Below, in pieces: positions 22,039 to 34,245 of a stretch of 64,000 nucleotides of DNA. This DNA comes from Isurus oxyrinchus (Eukaryota): the NCBI GenBank assembly GCA_026770705.1, contig JANJGN010000024.1, positions 6,262,001 to 6,326,000 on the forward strand, written 5' to 3'. The number at the start of each line of letters is the position of its first letter. The first letter of the stretch is position 1. The position numbers were made by a program, and so were the translations under genes. The notes under the pieces are model-generated. The model saw only the letters and a list, made by a program, of their open reading frames with translations. It did not search any database and was not told the origin of the DNA.

Positions 22039-23325
22039 TGTTACTATCCCCAGTTGGCTACCCCTAGACAAGCCTGATCCAAGAGTGGAACCCAGCTTGA
22101 TAGATCCTAACTTTTATTTGTTTGTTTAGATATGTGGAGAGTAGCTACTGAAAGAGTCACAGGAGTCAGCTGATTAATTTTTAACAAATGAATAAAACAT
22201 TTATTCAACAAGATGAACTATATTACAATACTCTTTTACCCACACCTATACCTTTACAGGTATATACAGGCTTGCAAATACAACACAAGTTACAAAAGTT
22301 ATCTGAATCTCTGATGTCCACAGTAAGTGCACTGTCCTTGTACCAATAGGTGCCCTGTAGTCAAACACATCACACTCTGAAACCAAGTGATGGATGCCAC
22401 CTCAACCAAATGCTATGGATCTCTCCTCAACTCCCCCAGGTGCTTGTCACACCATGAGACAACCAGTCTCACTGAACTCTGTCTTTCACATGAGGGTTTC
22501 CAATCTCCACTCTCCGAGAACTCGCCACGGCATTTTCTCCCAAGCTGGCAGTTTCTCTCTGATGCCTTCCACAAGGGTTCACCTCCAGGGTTTCGAACTC
22601 TCGTTCGATGTTCCTCTTCCTTGGGTCACCACATGAGTTCAAGCTGTCTGTCACGTACTCCCTGTCACTGGTGCAGCCGTCAACAGAAACACGACTACGT
22701 TACATGTCCATTGCAAAGAGCTACAGACGTTCAGTTGTCTCTTTGGACCTTCTTGCCTTTTGCAAGCTGTTCTCACTTTAAATCTGCTTTCTGCAGCTTT
22801 TGCCTCTTTAAATCTGAAGCTTGGAGCCTTTCTCCCTGCTCCTTACCATTAACTTTATTTAACAGGACCTTTTCCAGGTTCCTGTCCTTCCTTTGACTAG
22901 AAAGTCTACTTTGGATGTTCCCCTCTTCCATTCACCTCAGTTCCCTTAGCTTGGGACTGGCTCTCTGCCTCTTCTAAGCTGTTCCTCCGGACAATATCCT
23001 CAAAATCAGCTGTCCTCTGACAGATTCCAAAACAAACTGCTGTTTCTCTTCTTCCATGTGTGTGTCTGTGGGAGCGACCTGTCTCTCTGGCCCCCTGTTG
23101 CTAGGCAACAGTCCAATTCTCCCACTCCTGTTTATTTAACTTCTTAAGTCGTAAACTCTCAATAGAAATGCAAGCACCTTTTTTAAAGTGAAACTAAAAC
23201 TTAATTTGACCTTTCTTAACACACAGATACAAAAATACAAATCAAACATAAACTTTAAAGCTACAACTCATCCCTAACACCCACAAATGCAAATATAGCT
23301 TACTTAAACTAACTCTATCTCCTAA
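22039..23325 (-). repeat. 5' LTR (about 1.29 kb)
   Basis: Ends ..GATAGTAACA before the PBS, begins (G)GTTAGG, and is partly repeated at 17762-18591. Confidence 0.8.
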
Positions 23326-25629
23326 CCCCCCAAAATATGGCTTCCCATCTCAAAGGGAAAAGTGGATATGGTAGGAGGGAACCCTGTGCCTAGGAGTTTC
23401 TTCATCACTAGCCTGCTTTCCATTAGGGGTTGATACATTGACAGAAAGAAGACACATTGGCTTTGCCATCAGTTGGTCCCCAAGATGTTCTAGGATAAGG
23501 CTTCTGACAAGCTGGTGCCTCTTTGTGGGTGATTCCATCTCTGTCACAGGCATCAATGTCCCCCAAAAGGCTTTCTTTATGCTGGTGGCCCTGGCAGGCA
23601 CAGGTTACAAGTATAAAAAGGGGGTGTTTGTTATTTTAGGCTGTTCCAATTTAGCTGTGTGCTGTCTAATACAAGAGCCCAAATTGCCTTTTTAAACAGT
23701 TTGAATTCAACAGAGCTAAAACCACCAGGCAAAGACTCAGTATTGTTGATTATAAGCAAGTGTTGGAAACTTATCAACTAACTAACAGAGACAGAATATA
23801 GGTATTGTATACTTATAGGTGAAACTCTACCAACTCCATGCTTTCAAATGGGTGATCAATCCAATAGAAGTGGGCAACAACTTGAGCTCCTCACGCAGAC
23901 AGAGGAACAGTCACTGTGTCCGAGAAGCACTATACCTTCCTGGGATTTCAACTGGCATGGAATGTGTCACTGAACCAGTCCCAGTACTAAGTGCTCATCT
24001 GCCCTGAAGTTTATTGGGAATGACCTTTGCGCTGATTGGATACTCAACTATACCCAGAGATCTAAACCGGTTCCTTCACACTTGATGCATGCAAAGATGG
24101 TTCCCACAACCCCTTTTTTATGCTCAAAAGATGTTGTAAGCCCATCTTAGCTAAGTTGTTGGAAGTGACTAATTGGGCTATAATTTGTCAATAATGTGAT
24201 GGGTTAACTCCATTGGTTCTAGCTAATTACACACATTGTTTTCAACTTAAGACAATGCCTTTCTTTAAGCTATGTTTCATATCTCAATGCCTTTACAGGA
24301 GTCCTATTCATTAAGACAGACTCAACAATCAAGGATAGTGGGTAGAATTCTCCCATTCCATCCATGGGTTTCTGCGGGTGGGTGGAGCGGAGAATCCAGA
24401 GGCAGGCGAAAAGTCGCAAATCCGCCATTGTAAAAATAGGTTTTAATTCTCCCAATGGCTGTTTATGGTGAGTCAGTTATCTCGACAAGTGGCGCGAATG
24501 TAATTTGCATTCATTAACATGTCATGAACGCATATTAAAGCAGCTGCTCACGGGAATCTTGCCAAGCCTTCCAATCTTGCATCAGGCCAGCGGGAATTGA
24601 CATCGGTCTCAAACCCATTTGAAAAGGGGTGACATACACAAGTCGGACGTCAGTTCGCTGGTAACTTAGAGGCGAGTGGAACATACACTATACAGTTACC
24701 ATAGCACTGCGCCAGTCTTGTGGTGATGAACGCCACTCTGCTAAGGCTGCAGGGTTGGTCTGCTCCTGCTCTTTGCCTACATTGTCCCGAGGATAACCAC
24801 TGTGGCATTCATGTAGGCCCCCACTTTCAGAAACTAGCATTTCAACTGGGGGTGGACTGTGAGGCGAGGGTGGGGTTGATGAACATGTAAGGAGCAACAG
24901 GGAGGGAAGGCTGTGGAATGGCAGAGAGGGGAAAGGGCGAATGCAAGGGGGTAAATGGGGAGGGAAGGCTATGGAATGGCAGTGAGAAGGAAGGGCAAAC
25001 ATGAGGGGAGGTCCTTTCTGGGGTCACCCTCTAACCTCTTGTTGCCACAGTAATGAGCAGGAATCTGCTTAGAAAGAAAGGATGAAGAGCACCTTGGGGT
25101 GAAAGCCACTGAAAGCCAATAGCTTCACTAACACTGTTAAAGGGCCACTCAGAGCTCAATGGCTACATCACAATCACTGCATCTCAAGAGTAAAACATAG
25201 AGATGTAGAATTTAGGAATGCAGGCAATAGTAAGGGAGGAACAGTGCCTCCTTTACTGTTGTGTCATATTTGGCATTACATCAATGAAGGCCTGTGATGT
25301 GTTCACCAGAATTGACACTCCTAATGGGCCAAAGGGCATGAGCAACTGATTGGTCATTAATATCCCACATCAGAGATTGGAGCACAGAACTAGGTTGGAT
25401 CTCTCATCTCACTGATACTTTAATATCCTACACAGGACTCAAGATGTTACATATCTGCGATGCCATCTTGGTCACCTCGATGTGTGTGCCAGTGTCTCAT
25501 CAGCCACCATGCAAGTAGGGTAGGAAAAGTTACAGTCTCCAAACGTGTCATCCTCCGAGCTTCACTTTCTTGCTCCTTGAATCATTAATGTTTTCAATGT
25601 TTCCTTTCAGAGAGAAGACAAAAGCAGAT

Positions 25630-26780
25630 ATGGATCCAGGGCTCAATGCTGCCTTTGCCAGGGTCCTAATGCGATGGAGGAGAGGCAACTCTGCACACAG
25701 CCCCAACAGGAGGTGCACGGTTAAGTGGAACCACAGCATAAACAGCAGGGCAACTCGCCAGACCTAAGGTGGAATGGTCTCTTATTTACAAATGAGTGAG
25801 AGGCAATGCCATGCACCTCTGAGCTTGTCCCAAGCTCTGGTGTATCACATATGCCATATTCTTTGTGAAGATCTGATGCCACATTGAGCTGGAGGGTATC
25901 CCCTGCCAGTGGCTTTGAAGGTGACTGCTGCACTCAATTTCTTGGCCTTTAGTTCTTTCCAAGGATCAACAGGTGACCTGAGTGGGATCTCTCAGTCCAC
26001 AACACATCGATGCATAAAGGAGGTCACAGATGCCCTTTGTAGGGAGGCCCATCATTATGGTTGGGTTTGTTCTGAACGAAGATAGCCAGGCTGCGAGATT
26101 CACCAGCTTCGCCGCCATCTCAGGCTTCCTGAGAGTGCAGGCTGCTATAGGCTTCACCCATGTGGCTATACAGGCTCTATGGCAACAGCCCTAATGTTTA
26201 TAAACCACAAGGGCTATCATTCCATCAACTGATGTGTGATCACCAGAAGCACATACTGAACGTTTGTGCACAGCACCCTGGGAGTTGCCATGGTTCCTAC
26301 ATCCTGAGTCACTCCCAGTGTCTGAGGTTTTTGGGGTCTATTATGTCTGCAGGGATGGCTGTGTGGGGATAAGGGATATCCACTGAAACACTGGCTGATG
26401 ACACCGGGGCATCGCCCTCAGAGTTGTTCCAAGGAGAGGTACAACACTGCTCACAGCTCCACACACTTTCATATGGAGCAGACCATAGGGCTTCTGAAGG
26501 TGCATTTCAGATGCTTGCAATACTCAGGTGGCTCAACAGGGCTTCCCACATCATCGGAGTGTGTTACACTCTTCATAATCTGGCTGCGCAAAGAGGTAAT
26601 CCTCTGCCAGAGGATGAATTGGAGGAGGATGACAGCTGATTGGAGGATGAAGATCCAGGGGCCCAGGAACCTCACGAGGCTGCTGAGGGTCAGTATGAGT
26701 GTCGTCGCTCCATGGAGGAAGGAAGACATGGGGTATGTGCCCGTGAAGCGTTAATTGCTGTCAGGTTCCAGGAAGAGTAA
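25630..26780 (+). pseudogene. Harbinger DDE transposase (HARBI1-like)
   Basis: MCDHQKHILNVCAQHPGSCHGSYIL, GDKGYP, LMTP and [25 protein letters not shown], with many frameshifts. Confidence 0.85.
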
Positions 26781-27486
26781 AGTTAAGTGAGGGGATATGG
26801 CCACATCTCTCCTAACCCTCAATGTCATTTTCTTTCAACTCAGGGAATGTCCACGCACTTGCAGAGAGAACAAGTCCCACATTCACACCTGTGCATTCTG
26901 ACCTCATGAATCGCAGTGCGTGACCTTTGCTTTGGTCCATGTGCCTTGTGAGTGAGCTCACTCCGGGAACTGAGAATTCACTAAGGAGCAAGAGCGATGC
27001 GAGCAAAGGCTTAAGCTTTCACCGCCATGTAATGATGCCAAACTGCTGTGATTGAGATGTGGACATGCCTAGGGATCTCCTCCTCTCATGCATGTTACTT
27101 CTTCTGACACTACCACTGAGGAGACACAAATGCTGCTATTATCAACACTGATGAGCTGCCGTCACTCAATGGTGTTCCTTGAGGAAGAAGAGTTATAAAT
27201 GCTTACTTCCCACATTTCCAACAAAGATTTAAACATATCTCCCTGACATTGTGCAAGGGTGTGGAGACTACTTCAACTGACATTGACATCACAGGAATAT
27301 GAATCGCAAAGTGGGACAGTATCACAGAGTGGGAGCAAGATGAAACCTTGACATAAGAGGATTCCAAAGTATAAAATCACAACGCCTTCATTTGACAGGA
27401 AAACTCACATGACCATCAAATGTATTAACAAAGGTGCGAGTTATTTACATGTCCCACTGTGACCCAAAAGTGACATCAATTTTTTT

Positions 27487-29229
27487 TCACTTTCCTAACT
27501 CTAGCTCCACCCCAGGGTGTAGCCCAACACCCACAGCAGAGGTGGAGGCAGCCTGCTGACTGCTACGTCCTGATCTCTGTAATAACCTTGGCAGGAATCC
27601 TCTGGTAGTCCAAGGCCTGGAGGGCCCCGGCCTGGTAAGGGTTACCTGCTCAGGGGCAGACGCGCCCTCAGTGGTCTGAGAAGCTGAAGTGGCTGGGGTC
27701 ACAGGCAAAGGAGGCTGTGAGCGGCTGCAAAACCTTAGAGTGCACCGAGAGGAGGCCGCTGGGGTATCTGATTGATGTTCATCCTCCCTGTGGGTGCATG
27801 GGGGACCCACCATGACTCCTACAGGGGATGGTGCACCTGGAGGGAGGTCAAGGTGCCTCCTCCCCATGTCACCTATATCTTGATGGTACCCACCAGGGTG
27901 TGTGGCCAATGGAGCGCAGGGCCGAGCGCAAATCCGGCAAGAGCTGCTGGACCAAGGTCTCCGTGGTGGTTGCCAGCCTTCCCAGGGTGACTCGAGAAGC
28001 TTGAAATCAAAGCCACAACATCAGGCAGAACGCAGACGGACTCCTCCATCGTTCGCTCTAGTCTGTTGAGTGACTGCCGAAGTTCTGTCTGATGTTCCGC
28101 CACCTGTCGTTGCATCTCCAGCATTGATTTAATGGCTGCTTTCATAGGCTCATCGTCTGACTCGGACTGAGCGGGTGATTGGTCTCCAGATGCCCTCGGA
28201 GAGTGGGAGACCGGGGCTGTCCCTGCCTCCGACCCCTGAGGGGATGTGTCAGTGAGGTGTTCCCCAGAAAGTGAGCAGCAGCTTAATCTACATCTGTGTT
28301 CCATCGACGTGTGTGTCTCTGAGCAGGTGGAGGGGGGTATGTGAGCACCTTGATGGCTCTTCTGGAGATTCGCCCTCAGATGAAGTCTGGGGGCTCGCAC
28401 CAGTGGTGCTGGACTGGCTTGGTGGCCTCGATCTGCTGGTGCCTAGAAAATAGAAAGGAGAATTTCAGTTAATGAGCACGAGCTAGATAAGACTGCATGT
28501 GACTCACGGTGAATGTCAGGATTTGATGAGGTGATGGAACTGTGGTCCGTACTAGGTTGGTTGGAGAGGCCAATTTCCCCTTCCCCACAGGAGCGACCCC
28601 CCTCGTCCCAGCCAGCTCGGCTGCAGCCTCCTCGAATTCACGGAGGGTGAGGATGTCGGTCGTCCCTCGCCCAGTTTGCCATCTCTTGCACCTGCTGTGC
28701 GCCAGCTGGCCCTGTATGAAGGAGAAAGAAAAGCATGTGTGAGAAGAGCTGGAGCAGAGGTTGGGTGAGATGCAAATCCCTTGGTGTGTGGTGAGCCCTC
28801 CCCTGAAAGGCCAGAGGATGGAGTGTGAATAACATGATAGATGGGATGATGGTGTGAGAATGAGTGTTGATATGTGTCCCCCACTAATAGTTGCATGAAA
28901 CCCCTGAAGAGAGTAACTGTTTGAGTGCGTGATGCCATGATGAGAGTTTGACGTTGGAGGGTGGTGAAGGATGACTTACCCTGGCGGAGTGGATGAGATC
29001 ATTCATCCTCTTCCTGACAGGATGGCATTTTGGCCATGGTCACCAGCCACACTGACCTACTCTGTGATGTCCTCCCCAGCTCAAGAGGTGAGGCTGCTGT
29101 GCAAACTGCAGCCGTCTCTGGCATAGAGCACCTGCACCCCACTGATTAAGGCCAGGAGAGCCCAGTGGGTGAAGCGGGTACTGCCTTCTCCTTCAGGCTC
29201 TCGGCCTTCCTTTTCTGGCTGCCAGGCAT
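27487..29229 (-). pseudogene. Harbinger Myb/SANT-like DNA-binding partner gene, with introns
   Basis: Exon 1 ends ..RMNDLIHSAR|GTAAGT at about 28980. Later exons include coiled coil MLEMQRQVAEHQTELRQSLNRLERTMEES, homologous to the other copies. Confidence 0.7.
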
Positions 29230-29895
29230 CTCTGGTGGGTTGGAGAGAGTGAGATTGTGTTGGACTGGCCTTTCAAAATGGTGCCCATACTATCGAACCT
29301 GCTAGCTTATGGCAGCCTCACGAATTAACTCCCAATCTGCCACGCGATTCGGATCAATACTGGTCTTTGTATAATCGATGGGGCTCCAAGGTCAGATTCG
29401 GGTGTGAGTTCCCACCCTTCTGGACAGCGGGGTGAACGCTGCCAAAACTGCCCACCACCACGCTTCATCTCATTTATGGAAAATACCGCCCAGCATGTCT
29501 CCCTGATAAGGAGGGAGTCCAAGGCTTATCCCATTTCTTTCCCAACTGTTACAGAACTTTAATTTTTTTTCACAAGGAGAGCTAATAGAGAAGTACAACA
29601 ATAACATAAAGTAACTTGTAATTAACTTCTGATTATTAATTACTTATCCTTCAATTACCAGAGTAACTGAGGTACTTGCTTCGGATTAAATTATCTGTCA
29701 CTAGGCAGTGACTGCTTCCTAACACTGTTTTGAGTTAGTTTGTTGTAAAAGGTTAACAACATCAAAATGGCTTCTGATCTGTGTTCGCACAAAATAGCGT
29801 TTAACCTTGGTAGCTTATTATAATGAATATCACTTAAATTAACCTGAAAATGGCTGGGTTACACTAAAATCTAATACCCAGACTTACTTACTTAC

Positions 29896-30174
29896 AAATG
29901 CATCAATACCCACCTTCCATCAGCTACATATCTAGTGATGCAAGGACGGAGGGAACCTCGCTCTGACGCCGATACTCGGGGTGGTGGTGGGGGGAAGGGA
30001 TGGGTGGTATCTGGCATTAATTGCTGGACCAATCTCAACACATACAACAGGAGCAAAGTCCCAAGGGTTTTCAAGACTCCAGCTCTCAGAAGTTTATGTG
30101 ATCAACATTTTGCCTTTGGGTCACAATAAATCTCTACTTAAAACGAGCAATGAAAATTTTTGAGAAACAAGTAC
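29896..30174 (-). other. Candidate host exon
   Basis: Acceptor TTCATTTACTTCAATGTACAG| and donor |GTAAGT (repeated three times). Contains an ATG for MPDTTHPFPPPPPRVS... Confidence 0.3.
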
Positions 30175-30678
30175 CTGTACATTGAAGTAAATGAAGTGTC
30201 TGTGTTTGAGTGTTTGATTCATCAACAATAACAATAACATCAACTTCTATTATTAAGCTATCATCACAATAAAACATAAAGATCTTAATCATGATCTCCA
30301 TGTTTGGGACACATGGGTATATTTGGTACCTTCTACATGTTGTCTGATTATAATAAATAGCATTATAGTATAAATAGATATAATAAAAATATAAATAGTA
30401 TAATAGTATAATAAAGAACATAATAAACAGTCTAGCTAAGGATTCTCTGGATAATATTCTGTACATATTCAGTCACAAGATGACAGCTACAGTATCTATT
30501 CTGGGCAATAACAAGTTGCAGGTGACTGTAGAAAGTGAGAATTAAGGGCACAATGTTGCTCTCCCAATGCCTACTCTTAATCCAAGATTCACTCCTAAAA
30601 CTATTAATAATCCCAGTCCAGGATTTCCATGCAGCGTACAGCTTCTTGGAGCTGACAAAGTGTCAACTGTTTAATAAG

Positions 30679-30909
30679 AACAAAAACAGAATTACCTGGA
30701 AAAACTCAGCAGGTCTGGCAGCATCAGCGGAGAAGAAAAGAGTTGACGTTTCGAGTCCTCATGACCCTTCGACAGACCTGTTCTGTTGAAGGGTCATGAG
30801 GACTCGAAGGGTCGGCTCTTTTCTTCTCCACCAATGCTGCCAGACCTGCTGAGTTTTTCCAGGTAATTCTGTTTTGGATTTCCAGCCTCTGCAGTTTTTT
30901 GTTTTTATC
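30679..30909. mobile_element. Fold-back Penelope-like terminus with two divergent hammerhead motifs and 13-bp TSD
   Basis: About 100-bp inverted arms centred at about 30779. TSD ACTGTTTAATAAG at 30666-30678 and 30910-30922. Confidence 0.85.
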
Positions 30910-31529
30910 ACTGTTTAATAAGGCTGAGCACAAAAAACAATTAATGCGTGGAGAAGAGTGTTCTGCAGCTAAGATCAACAGAGCACTGTTGGTGGAAGTG
31001 AAGGTAATAACTGTTCTGAATGCTCATCTTCCAGACATCCAGTTGAGACTTGATTAGAATAGCCACTGTGCAGAGGACTTTTTCATTCAGGAGGAGATAA
31101 GAAGGAATACCAAGCATTCAGTTCTGTATTGACGTAAAACCAAAAACAGTTTGCTCATTATCAACTGATCTCTGTCTTTGATGATATGTATGTGCACATG
31201 TTCCCCTCACTGTGTTTTTCTAGTTTATTTACTATCATCTGTAAGTTGTGCATTTTGAAGCGTCTACATGGTGTCGCTAATCCAGTTATGTAAGGCACAG
31301 AGCTCGCTCTGTCAACATTGTGGGCAGGCTGGACCTCAATTTAGTGAGTCGGCCACTCTCTGCTTTACCTCAAATCTGTGAAGAAGAACAGTGAGATCAT
31401 ATTCAAGGCACTAGGGTTTCACAGCAGTATGAACAGTTGATAGCTGAGCATTCTGATTTCCTCACCCCACAGTTGAATTTATAATCCATTCGGAAAGGCT
31501 GATGATTTAAGTGAGTTGCATATCAGAAT

Positions 31530-32325
31530 GACTGACGCCTCACCTTTGAGCCAGTAAGTTGTGGATTCAACACTTCATTTCAATACGGAGGGAGAGCTGC
31601 ATTAAGCGCCGTCATGTGGATGAGTTGTCAAATCAAGACCCTGTCTGTCCTTTCATGTTGGCAGAAAAACGAGCATGATGTCCCGGCCAACAATCATTTG
31701 TACTAACGTCACCAAAACAGATGAACTAGCTACTCATTTCCTTGCTGGCTGTGGGATAAGTCAGTGTGCAAACTGACTGGTGAATTTATCTGCTTTACAA
31801 CACTGTCTATGCTTCAAAAAACAGTTCCTTGTTTTAAAGCATTTTGGGACATCCTTAGAACACCCCACTTGACTGGCATCCCACCTGCCATCTTAAACAT
31901 TCATTTTCTCCACCACTAGTGTTCAGTGGCAACACTTTCTACAGGATACATTGCAGCAATTTGCCAAAGTTGCATTGACATCAGCTTCCAAACCTGTGGA
32001 CTCTACCACCTGGGAGAACAAGGACAGCAGGCAAATGGGAAATCCACCACCAGCAAGTTCCCCTTTAAGTCACATATCATCATGACTTGGAACTAAACCC
32101 TCATTCCTTCACTGTTGCTGAGTCAAAATATACTTCCTCTCTAATAGTGCTGTGTGGGTGCACCTACAACACAGGGACTTCAGTGGTTCAAGAAGGTGGT
32201 TCACCGCCACATTTTCAAGGGCAATTAGGGTTGGACAATAAATGTTGGTCTAGCTAGGGTTGCCCCCATCCCACGAGTGAATAAAATAAAAGATGCCACA
32301 TAGGTGCATAAGTTACTTCTTTAAA
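31530..32325 (+). mobile_element. Deu-domain SINE interrupted by a CR1/L2-group LINE 3' fragment (31860-32290)
   Basis: GGATGAG..CAAGACCCTGTCTG core and TAAAGCATTTTGGGACATCC tail. The LINE fragment is homologous to 14060-14378. Confidence 0.65.
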
Positions 32326-33941
32326 TAGTTTGCTCATTGTTTGAAAAGTATTTAAACAACCATCTGTACAAGTATGCGATGACTGACTGGCTTCGGCTGA
32401 ATGAGATTATCAAGGTTTACAAAGGAGGATACTGATGAGAGGAAGCAGAAGTGTACTTGTTAGTTTGATGGGCAGGTAATACTCAGAAGCAGGAAAGCTG
32501 AACAGCAATTTCTAGTGAAGGAAAATAAAGCTGCATAAACATGTAAAACAGTACGAATATCAAGGGTTTTAAAAAGAAAGATGAAATAATAGCAGAGAAG
32601 GTGACAGCAAGAGACTGAAGCAGTGACAACAATCATTAAGGGGTTGACAGACACAACTGATGATAAAACATAGTGAGGAGCAGATTGCAGCACATGGAAA
32701 TGAACATGCATGATGAGGCAAAAACACAAAGAAAGGAAATCAGATTTGAAATCAGATAGCACAATGACTTAATCTAGAAATAGGATCATTCTAGCTTGTA
32801 ATATTTAAATATCAAGTTCAATTAAATATAGAGTTAGCTAAAAGAAAATACCAAAATTGCAAGAGGCGTAGGATTTGTTGCTGAAAGGTTTAACAGGCAC
32901 ATGCTCAACAAGTACATGCATATAATAACAATGCATAATGTATTTGGCGTTCAGGCTCCAAATGTGTTTTATTAGATATTGGAATAACTGAGATGTCTGT
33001 ACGTTCGACACATTGCTATGGAACTTATTTTGACCTTTAATAATTTACAGGATTCACTGGCTAACTCATTTTATTACCTTCAGAATCAATATCACTTGGT
33101 GTGAAAAGTAATTTTCAGCTGGAGGAGTAGATGTCTGTCTCAGATGGAATAATTTAGCAATCCTGAAGTAATTTTACACCCAGTTCTTAATAAAAAGCAA
33201 AGGTCTTCTGTCCCAACTTTTGCTCTGTGACCCCTTTGTGCTGGTGGATGAGTCTTGGGCTAGATGTATTTCCTCGTGAAGTCAGATATGTCAGATGAAT
33301 TTTAATGGAAAGGGAATGACAAATTTTGTGTCTCCTCAGAATTTTATGTTTCTTTTTTATTCTTCTCTCATATGTTTTGCTTTTTACTTGTAGGAGAGGT
33401 ATTTTGTCAGCTTTCAAAAACAGGCATGAAATAAAGTCGGCAGCCAGGAAAGCATGTGAGCAGAATAAAGATGCTCATGATAGCACCATTAGGGCCAGAG
33501 CAGAGCCTAAGAGAGAAAACTAACAGATGGTGAATACATGGAAGAGAAAACTGTACTCACAGGTCTATGTGCCACTTCTCTCTGTGAGGTTCTGAGATAT
33601 CTCCGATGGGAGCTACAGTCAATGGACAGCTTGCTGATAGCATTGTGCAAGGAAGAGGAAACCAAGGTTTAAGGAAATTCACGAGATTGAGACAAAACAA
33701 ACATATGGCCTGTTCCAACTGTGCAAATGCCTCTTAGCATCTGTATCCAAGCAGCTTGTGAAGGGAGCACTGCCTGATGCCACTTAACTGACAGCTACTG
33801 TCAGGCCACACACACAAAATTAATCAACTTCCAAATCATTGATCCTGGGGCAATATGCACTGGCAGCACCAAACTATAGCAAATGTGATCCAACTGCGCT
33901 GTAATTTATGATATAGACTTGTCATACTTGTTATAATCCTC

Positions 33942-34245
33942 CTGTGGGGGAATCTAGAACAAGGGGGCACAGTTTAAAGATAACGGGTCTCTCCGTTAAG
34001 ATGGAGATGAGGAAGAATTTCTTCTCTCACAGGCTTTGGAATTCTCTTCCCCAGCAAGCAGTGGAGGCTGGGACATTGAATATATTTAAGGCTGAGTTAG
34101 ATAGATTTTTGATTGACATAAGAGTCAAGGGTGAAGGGGCACAGGGGCAAAAGTGCTGTCAGGTCAGACATGATCTTACTGAATGGCAAAGAAGGCTTAA
34201 TGGGCTGAATGGCCTACTCCTGCTCATATTCCTTATGATTGTTTG
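33942..34245 (+). mobile_element. CR1 LINE 3' fragment
   Basis: GESRTRGHSLKI..EMRKNFFS..WNSLP..FKAELDRFL and tail GGGCTGAATGGCCTACTCCTGCTC. Confidence 0.9.

Larger units (their letters stand above)
17762..23325 (-). mobile_element. Non-autonomous Gypsy (Gmr1-like) LTR retrotransposon: LTR-PBS-gag-protease-TPR fragment-LTR
   Basis: Direct repeats 17762-18591 and 22462-23213, a tRNA-Pro PBS, gag with a CCHC knuckle and a DSG protease. No RT, RNase H or integrase motifs. Confidence 0.85.
24340..29491. mobile_element. PIF/Harbinger transposon, two convergent genes, decayed
   Basis: TIRs GGGTAGAATTCTCC / GGAAAATACCGCCC with flanks AGT/AGC. Transposase on plus, Myb/SANT gene on minus. Confidence 0.85.

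Noticed and set aside
23480-23620. VGDSI motif suggesting an esterase ORF1 remnant
   Set aside because: The match is too short and the other SGNH blocks are not evident.
33078-33507. Minus-strand segment with a good acceptor and a GAAG|GTAATA donor
   Set aside because: I found no continuous open frame. It could be a non-coding exon but the sequence alone does not support it.
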